DNA of 64,000 nucleotides from Candidatus Gastranaerophilales bacterium (GTDB lineage Bacteria; Cyanobacteriota; Vampirovibrionia; Gastranaerophilales; JAILCC01): NCBI GenBank assembly GCA_045598245.1, contig JAZLLQ010000042.1, positions 2,976 to 66,975 of the forward strand, read 5' to 3'. Shown piece by piece: positions 57,439 to 64,000 of this stretch (position 1 is its first letter; each line of letters starts with the position of its first letter). The notes under the pieces were generated by a model. It saw only the letters and a program-made list of their open reading frames with translations, ran no database searches and was not told where the DNA came from. The position numbers and the translations under genes were made by a program.

Positions 57439-59466
57439 ATGGCATATAGAAACAATAATAACAGGGTTGTACCTAATGAAACTATTGATGTCAAATTGAA
57501 CCCTGTAGCATCTCCGACCAATCAGGAAGTTAAATATCAAGCAGATTTAACAGATGCTAAAAGAACAGCAGCTACAGCTGATGCTTTAGCCAAGATTGGT
57601 CAAGGTGTATTAGATATAGATTATACATTAAATAGAAAAGCTCAAGATTCTATTATTGCTGCTGAGTATGAAACAATATCTCAAGGTGGTAATAAAAGAG
57701 ATTGGGCTGATGTTTCTAAAAATGTACAAGGTATGGCTAAATTTAATCCATACATAAAAGATGCTTTTAAAACATTCTCAGCTCAAGATATTTATAGAGC
57801 AGCAACAATCAAATTACAATCAAATCCTAATGTTTTGAATGGTAAGATGAGTGCTGAACAATATGATAAGTTCAAACATGATACTATAAATGAAATGATG
57901 GAAGCTTATAATGAAGCTGGATTAAACCCTCACATTTATAGTAAATATGTTGAACAACTCCATAATGATATTTTTAAAGTTGATGATGTTTATTTAACAA
58001 AAAATTCTGAATATACATACAATAATACTTTAACAGCTATGGCACATGATACAGCTTTCAGAATGGGAGCTAATGTAGCTGGAGCTAGAGATGAAGCAAA
58101 TAAATTAGAAGGGATGCAAATAGCTTTAAAAGATACTGTTGCACAGATGGAAGCTTTAGGTGTACCCTCTGATGAAATAGTTTCAAAAGTTTTAAGTGTA
58201 GGTCTTACAGAATTTTTAGTAAACAATGCTGATAAAGTAAACTCGGGAACTTTAGTTGCAGCTTTGGGAGATTTAAAAATAGGTGGTAAAAACTTAAATG
58301 AAATTATCCCCAATTTTGATTATCAACTTCAAGAAACAATTAGAAAAGTAAAAAGAGCTAACTATGAAGATAGAAAACTTGAATATGATAATGAACAACT
58401 AACCCTGAGAATAGACACAGAAAATGCAACTAAGGATTTCTTTAGTTGGTTTAAAAATAATCAAAATGCAAGTCCGGAAGAAATACAATCAAAAGCTATT
58501 GGTTTAATAAATCAATATGGTATTGATGCTGAAGGTGTTGCTTTCTTGAATAGTGTTGCTAATACAAGAGGTTTAATGACTAAATTAAAAGAAAATATTA
58601 CAGACCCTACAACTTATAATTCACTTGCAGCTAAAGCAGCTACAGGAACATTAACAGGTGTAGAAATTAGTGATGCTATTTTGGATGGTAATTTATCTCC
58701 GGATGATGCTTTTAAATTACAATCAAAAATGGATGCTGTAGAAAAACAAGGTGCTACAGAGTTTAAACAAAAAGCTTCAAGAGTTTTAGATAGTTATACT
58801 AAGAAAACAGGAGCTTATTATACTCAAACCCCACCTGATGTAAGAAATAATATCAATACTACAATTACTCAAATTCAAAGTAAATTGGATAGTGGAGAAT
58901 ATACAGCATCACAAGCACAACAAAAGTTACAATTATTAGAGAGAGCTATTCCTAATATGATGCTTGATAAAGATATTCAAAATAAAAATTATAAGATTAT
59001 TTTAAATGCAAAATATAGGAATCAACAAAATATTGCTACACCAAATTTAAGTAAAGCTCAACAATCTATAGTTAATATGGGATTATTGAGAAATTCTAAA
59101 GGTGTGAGAGATACTAATGTTACTATTGCTTCTCCTCAATCTAATAATAGAAATGGAAGTAAACACATTGGTAATGACTTAAATGGTGCTTGGATAGGTA
59201 GAGCTGTTTATCCACCTTCAAATGGTAGTATTGTTGCTTCAGGCTATGAAGCTACAATGGGTAATTATGCTCTATTTAAAGATAAAAGAGGAAAATATGC
59301 TTTATTTATGCACTTACAGTCTCCGGTATCAAGAGGAGTAATCAACAGAAATCAAGCTCTTGGTTATGTTGGTAATACTGGTAGAGTGTCAAATAAAAAG
59401 TCAGGATGTCTGCATGTGGAATTTTGGGATAAAGATTTACATGTAGTTAAGCCTGAAGAATGGTAA
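57439..59466 (+). CDS. internal virion protein (gp15 position) fused to a C-terminal M23 peptidase
   Basis: 675 aa. The C-terminal 110 aa or so carry HIGNDLNG (HxxxD), FMHLQS, and GNTGRVSNKKSGCLHVEFWD (an HxH motif read as C-L-H). Confidence 0.75.
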   Translation: MAYRNNNNRVVPNETIDVKLNPVASPTNQEVKYQADLTDAKRTAATADALAKIGQGVLDIDYTLNRKAQDSIIAAEYETISQGGNKRDWADVSKNVQGMAKFNPYIKDAFKTFSAQDIYRAATIKLQSNPNVLNGKMSAEQYDKFKHDTINEMMEAYNEAGLNPHIYSKYVEQLHNDIFKVDDVYLTKNSEYTYNNTLTAMAHDTAFRMGANVAGARDEANKLEGMQIALKDTVAQMEALGVPSDEIVSKVLSVGLTEFLVNNADKVNSGTLVAALGDLKIGGKNLNEIIPNFDYQLQETIRKVKRANYEDRKLEYDNEQLTLRIDTENATKDFFSWFKNNQNASPEEIQSKAIGLINQYGIDAEGVAFLNSVANTRGLMTKLKENITDPTTYNSLAAKAATGTLTGVEISDAILDGNLSPDDAFKLQSKMDAVEKQGATEFKQKASRVLDSYTKKTGAYYTQTPPDVRNNINTTITQIQSKLDSGEYTASQAQQKLQLLERAIPNMMLDKDIQNKNYKIILNAKYRNQQNIATPNLSKAQQSIVNMGLLRNSKGVRDTNVTIASPQSNNRNGSKHIGNDLNGAWIGRAVYPPSNGSIVASGYEATMGNYALFKDKRGKYALFMHLQSPVSRGVINRNQALGYVGNTGRVSNKKSGCLHVEFWDKDLHVVKPEEW

Positions 59467-59477
59467 AAGGAGAGTTA

Positions 59478-62400
59478 ATGGAAAATAATGATGTAATGTT
59501 CGGAGATAAGTCTTTAGAAGAATGGGCTAATATGTACCCACAATCAGAAACAAACTTATCTGATGAACAAGCTGAACAAATGGGGATTTTACAACCTGAA
59601 CCTGAAACTCAAGAAGTACCTCAAGAACAATCAGGAAATAAACTATACCAAATGGCTGATAAAATTGGGGTTGAACATCCTGATGAAAATAAAGAATATA
59701 AAAAATTATCAGTTGGTGAAACTTTAGGAGATATAGGTAAAACAATGGGAGCAGAAGCTCTCAAGATTGTAGCTCCTAAAGAAGATTCTTGGCTGGCTAA
59801 TAAAACAGGCTTTTCAGAAGCTAACTTATATCAACACGATTCTGAAACAAGAATTGGTGACGCAAGTAAGTACCTGTATCGTTATGGTGCTGGTACTTTA
59901 TCCTTCATCTTTGGTGGTGGTAAAGTTGGTGCTGCTATAAAAGCTGTTGGTGTAGCTAAAAATTCAGCTAATGCTATCAAAATTGGTACAGGAATCCAAA
60001 AGCTTATGGGAGCAGAAAAGCTAATCAAAACTGGTGCTAATGCTTCTAAATTTGCTAAAGCTGGAGCTTTTCTAGCTAATGGAGCTTTAGCTGGCTCTTT
60101 AGCTGGTGGAATGTCTGATTTTACTTTTTATAGAGAAGATGAAGGACATTTAGCTGATTCCTTTGGTGTAACAGATAATCCTATAATTTCATACCTTCAA
60201 ACTGATGAAAATGATTCAGAAGCACAAGCTAAATTGAAGAATGTAGTTGAAGGATTTATTGTTGGTATTCCTTTTGGGATTGGTATTGATGGTGTTAAAG
60301 CTGCTACAGGTTACTTTAAATCAATGAAAAAAGTTGCCCTAGCACAAACAGCTGAAGAAGCTGCTGAAGTTTTACCTGAAGCTATGCTAAGCGAAGCTAA
60401 ACTTCAAAATGTATTACAAACTTCAGAATTAGTTGATACAGTCAGAAAAATAAAATCCTCAGCTGATATGCAAGGCTTAGATGCTGAACAGATGATTATT
60501 GATTCAATGAATCCAAAACAATATGATGATGCAAAAAGTATCTTGAAAAAGTTAAATGATGGTGAAGATATATTTGTCCATGAAGATGGAACTTGGGATA
60601 TAAGAGTTCAATCTTGGGAAGATGCTGCAAAAGTATCTCCTGAAGAATATAAAAAGCAATTAGCTGCTATGGATGAAGATATGGCTAACTATCAAGCTAC
60701 AAACTATGGAGATACAGCTTTATCTCATCAAGATTCAGCTGTTAGAGATACTTGGGTTAATCGTGGTTGGATTGGTGAAAATGAAGAATTAACATCCAAA
60801 ACAGCAAATAAAGTAGCTAAAAACTATTTAGATAAATGGCAAATTGACAATAATGTAAAAGTAGAATTTGTTGATGGATTAACTATTGATGGTAAAGCTG
60901 TAGAAGGGAATACTTCTGCAACTAAATATCAAGGAAAAGTTACGAAATCAAAACAAAATGCTATTGATAAAAAGAAATTACAAATCTCAAAACTTGAAGA
61001 TAAGATTACAATGGAAGAAGGAACTAATGCTCCTGTAGCTGATGTTCTTGATAATCTTAAAGAAGAATTGAGAATTGCTAAGAATGAACTTACAGAACTT
61101 GAAAAAGATGCCAATAAGAAAAATAGAATATCAAATATCACAGTTCAGATAGATAAAAATGCTTCTAATCCTTATGCAACATTGAGAAGTGAATTAGAGC
61201 ATGCAAGAGATATAGCAAAAGGTACTATACCTGATACAAATGTACAGCATTTTTCAAGATATACAGGCATGAATGAAGCAGAGGTTGCTCCTGATTATGT
61301 TTACAAAAAATCACAAAGGAAAATAAATGAAAAATACAAACCAACTAATTGGGATAAGGAACATTTTAAACAATTTAACAATGGTGAACCTGATGTAGTT
61401 TATATGGAACATAAAAGTCAAATTCAAGAAGGTACTCAACTAAAATTAGACTTTAATTCCGTTGAAGATGTTACTCAAAAGGTATCAACAGGAGAATTTC
61501 AACCTAAAACTATGGGTGAAGTTGATGCTATGATTACAAAAGCTATAGAGTTAGACCCTGAAGTAAGTGGTTATACCAATAAAGCTTTAGCTGAAGATGC
61601 TGATAAATATTCTAATACTATTAAAGATTTATTAGATTTAGAAGATGATTCATCTCTAAAAATAATATTTTCTGATACAAAAGATGATATTGCTGCTTAT
61701 TCTCGAAAACAATTAGAAGCAACTAAAGTAATTAGTCAATTATTGGATAAAATTGAATCTTTAGGTAAAGATGTTTCTATTGAAACAAAGAAACAATATG
61801 TTGATGCTATTCAATATTTAACAGATTATAAAGAACAATTGGGTTCGGGTGCTGGTGTTTTATTACGAGACCAAAAATTTGTTAATAAGGCTGTTGAAGC
61901 TTTTGGCTCTAAGAGATTATCTCAATTAAATAAAGATAGTATCAGAAGTTTTGTTGATTTATTAAAAGAATCAATAGATGAAATCAATTTACAATTCACA
62001 AGAGGTAGTTTAGTTCAAAAGAAACAAGCTCTATATGCAAAATTAGCAGAATTAGACCCTACTATGCTAGCTACAATGGGAGAAGATTTAGAATTTGCAG
62101 CTAAATTTGATAAAGTTGTTGATGCTATTATCAAAAACCCAAATATAGATGCTGAAGCTGCTTCAAAAGGATTGGAAAATATTTTTACTGAAAGAAATTA
62201 TAATTCATTATTAGAAAAAACTATACTTGCTCCAAAGAAAAAAGGTATTTATGAAACAATAAAGAACTGGACTAATGAGCAAGGTGGAATTGCTTCTTAT
62301 TATGTACATAACCTTCTATCAGGTGTTGGTACTTTAGCTAAAAACATCATATCAGGTGGAATGAACACAGTTTATTTTCCAGCTAAGAAGATTTTAGCCG

Positions 62401-64000
62401 GATTAACTGACCCTATGTTATCTTCAGACCAAAAAGGTGTGATGCTTAGAGAAGGTTTAAATACTTATAAGAATTTAGTTACTACTTGGAATGAATCTTG
62501 GCAATTATGTTGTCAGGCATTTCTTAAAGGTGATGGTAAACTTAGCTCTATTGGTGCTGATACCTTAAATATGGATGAAACTTTCAAAGGTTTCAATGAA
62601 ATAGGTATTGGTAAAGAAGCTACATTTTGGGAAACTGTACAAAACATTCACTCAATAATGACAAGAGCTATGGGTGCTTCTGATGAATTTATGTCTCAGC
62701 TTAATTATAGGTCTATTGCAAGAGCAAGAGCTATGGAAGCTGCTGATAAATTAGCTCAAATAGCTGGTAAAGCAGATGATGAAGCTTGGATAAATGATAC
62801 AACAGACCAATTATTCAAGAAATACTTTACTTCTGATGGAAAGCCACTTGATGTTAGTATTTATAATGAAGCAAAAACCATTTTATATCAAAATCCTTTG
62901 AATGGTAAGATGTTTGACCCTAAAACAGGTGGTAATTATGATATAAGAACAGGCAAATTGCTTGAAAAAGGGGAGAATGGAACACAAACAGCTGTTATGA
63001 AAATAGGTGCTGCTTTCCAAAAATCTGCTAATGAAAACTTATTAGTAAAATTCTTCTTTCCTTTTGTTAAAACAGGTACAAACATCCTACAAATGAACTT
63101 AGACCATAACTTATGGTATAACTTAGCTTCTCCGGCACAAAGACAAATACTTATGAGCAGCACTCCTGAAGGTGCTTTATTGAGGTCTCAATGTGCTTTT
63201 GGTGCATTTAGCTTTGCTTATGGAACTATGTTAGCCATAAATGGTATGATTACAGGTTCAATGCCTTCAGATGCTAAAGAGAGAAAAGCTCTATTAGCTA
63301 CAGGCTGGAAACCTTATTCATTTAAAGTAGGAAACACTTATGTATCTTATCAAGGTTATGAACCTTTGCACACAATGTTAGGATTTGCTGCTGATTCAGC
63401 TAATTTATATACATCTATTAAAGATGGAGATAAAGAAGGTGAAGATAGAGCTTTAAAATTAAGTATGCAAGCAGCTTCTGTCTTTGTTAATAACTTCTTA
63501 GATAAAGCAGCTTTCAGAACAGGTTTAAAAAGTATGTCAGCATTATTTGAATTGGATGAAAGTCATATTATGGATTGGAAACAAGCTATGGCACAACCAC
63601 TTCAAAATATGCTACCTGATGCTCCAATGGTTAAAAACATTTCAACTCTTGGAAAAAGAGAAGCAACAGCTCCTCAAACTGTTTATGAAAGAGTTTTCAA
63701 TATGTATTTTAACAGAGGTTTAGGTGAATATCGTAGAGATGCTTTTGGAGATAAACAAAACATCTATAATGCTATTTTAACCTCAGCTACAGTGCAAGGT
63801 AATGAACCTGAATATATAGAACTCAGCAGATTAGCTGAAAAAGGATATAAACCTACAGAAATAGGTCAAACTATTTCAGGTTACAGTTTAAATTATAAAG
63901 ATTTTAAAGACCCTGTAACCGGTAGAACAGCTTATGATTTAATGCAAGAAGAACTTTCTAAAACAGATTTGAAAGAGAGAGTTCGTGAGCTTGTTACAAG
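59478..64000 (+). CDS. giant internal virion/ejection protein (gp16 position), 3'-truncated by the window end
   Basis: Not in the ORF track. ATG at 59478 is preceded by AAGGAGAG (59467-59474). I translated the frame manually to position 64000 (1507 codons plus 2 nt) without meeting a stop. The three minus-strand track ORFs inside it are shadows. Confidence 0.8.
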   Translation, partial: MENNDVMFGDKSLEEWANMYPQSETNLSDEQAEQMGILQPEPETQEVPQEQSGNKLYQMADKIGVEHPDENKEYKKLSVGETLGDIGKTMGAEALKIVAPKEDSWLANKTGFSEANLYQHDSETRIGDASKYLYRYGAGTLSFIFGGGKVGAAIKAVGVAKNSANAIKIGTGIQKLMGAEKLIKTGANASKFAKAGAFLANGALAGSLAGGMSDFTFYREDEGHLADSFGVTDNPIISYLQTDENDSEAQAKLKNVVEGFIVGIPFGIGIDGVKAATGYFKSMKKVALAQTAEEAAEVLPEAMLSEAKLQNVLQTSELVDTVRKIKSSADMQGLDAEQMIIDSMNPKQYDDAKSILKKLNDGEDIFVHEDGTWDIRVQSWEDAAKVSPEEYKKQLAAMDEDMANYQATNYGDTALSHQDSAVRDTWVNRGWIGENEELTSKTANKVAKNYLDKWQIDNNVKVEFVDGLTIDGKAVEGNTSATKYQGKVTKSKQNAIDKKKLQISKLEDKITMEEGTNAPVADVLDNLKEELRIAKNELTELEKDANKKNRISNITVQIDKNASNPYATLRSELEHARDIAKGTIPDTNVQHFSRYTGMNEAEVAPDYVYKKSQRKINEKYKPTNWDKEHFKQFNNGEPDVVYMEHKSQIQEGTQLKLDFNSVEDVTQKVSTGEFQPKTMGEVDAMITKAIELDPEVSGYTNKALAEDADKYSNTIKDLLDLEDDSSLKIIFSDTKDDIAAYSRKQLEATKVISQLLDKIESLGKDVSIETKKQYVDAIQYLTDYKEQLGSGAGVLLRDQKFVNKAVEAFGSKRLSQLNKDSIRSFVDLLKESIDEINLQFTRGSLVQKKQALYAKLAELDPTMLATMGEDLEFAAKFDKVVDAIIKNPNIDAEAASKGLENIFTERNYNSLLEKTILAPKKKGIYETIKNWTNEQGGIASYYVHNLLSGVGTLAKNIISGGMNTVYFPAKKILAGLTDPMLSSDQKGVMLREGLNTYKNLVTTWNESWQLCCQAFLKGDGKLSSIGADTLNMDETFKGFNEIGIGKEATFWETVQNIHSIMTRAMGASDEFMSQLNYRSIARARAMEAADKLAQIAGKADDEAWINDTTDQLFKKYFTSDGKPLDVSIYNEAKTILYQNPLNGKMFDPKTGGNYDIRTGKLLEKGENGTQTAVMKIGAAFQKSANENLLVKFFFPFVKTGTNILQMNLDHNLWYNLASPAQRQILMSSTPEGALLRSQCAFGAFSFAYGTMLAINGMITGSMPSDAKERKALLATGWKPYSFKVGNTYVSYQGYEPLHTMLGFAADSANLYTSIKDGDKEGEDRALKLSMQAASVFVNNFLDKAAFRTGLKSMSALFELDESHIMDWKQAMAQPLQNMLPDAPMVKNISTLGKREATAPQTVYERVFNMYFNRGLGEYRRDAFGDKQNIYNAILTSATVQGNEPEYIELSRLAEKGYKPTEIGQTISGYSLNYKDFKDPVTGRTAYDLMQEELSKTDLKERVRELVT

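Larger units (their letters stand above)
47867..64000 (+). mobile_element. partial prophage (or phage remnant) with a T7-like structural gene cassette; continues beyond the window
   Basis: It starts at the tRNA fragment. All genes are on the + strand and tightly packed, with a marked shift to GCT/GGT codons. The gene order is portal-scaffold-capsid-terminator-gp11-gp12-gp13pos-gp14-gp15-gp16. No integrase or replication genes lie inside the window. Confidence 0.8.

Noticed and set aside
12345-58313. Antisense or overlapping track ORFs inside long genes (e.g. 1575-1760, 12345-12638, 15122-15469, 23376-23777, 36959-37252, 48442-48624, 50854-51162, 57990-58313, 59527-59745, 60929-61141, 62936-63163)
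   Set aside because: Each lies fully within a longer ORF that has clear homology or motif support on the other strand or frame. Their compositions (L/S/F-rich mirrors of E/K/A-rich genes) are typical shadow ORFs.
47900-64000. Self-targeting of the adjacent prophage by the resident CRISPR array
   Set aside because: I compared distinctive words of all 21 spacers (both strands) with the phage block by eye and found only 9-10-nt chance matches. One example is tgatgcagca of spacer 14 (reverse complement) at about 50551; another is ggtggtactt of spacer 9 at about 48611. This is not conclusive, and an exhaustive alignment allowing mismatches should be run.

Overview
AT-rich bacterial chromosome segment. 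EF-G, GlgC and GH57 look cyanobacteria-like, so a non-photosynthetic Melainabacteria-type host is my low-confidence guess. There are three parts. (1) 1-6750: tRNA-Val(GAC), with unusual 93-bp tandem repeats that each copy the tRNA 5' end, followed by a complete compact type II-C CRISPR-Cas9 locus. The locus has cas9 (1030 aa), cas1, cas2 and 22 repeats of 36 nt with 21 spacers of 30 nt. A minus-strand tracrRNA sits upstream of cas9 with its own consensus promoter and terminator, and every repeat ends in TATAAT on the minus strand. (2) 6800-47700: mostly housekeeping genes (gshB-like, uvrA, ispG, rqcP-like, nrdJ, glgC, lepA, cobO, GAF histidine kinase, fusA, GH57, reverse rubrerythrin, SRP RNA, ribF, gcvPB, mscS, sugE/gdx, lemA). 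Lineage-specific oddities are interspersed: a 1056-aa protein with 12 tandem HTH modules, an 871-aa protein with LCFDK repeats, and at least 7 unrelated hypothetical proteins sharing an N-terminal N/I/S-rich ...F(K)G motif. (3) 47823-64000: a tRNA 3'-half fragment (att-like) followed by a one-strand phage block. The block is collinear with the T7 structural cassette (gp7.3-like, portal, scaffold, capsid plus terminator, gp11, gp12, gp13-position, gp14, gp15, gp16). It also carries a GT8 glycosyltransferase moron, an M23 peptidase fusion, and a >1507-aa ORF that runs off the window and is absent from the ORF track. No spacer-to-prophage match was found by eye; this needs a computational search.
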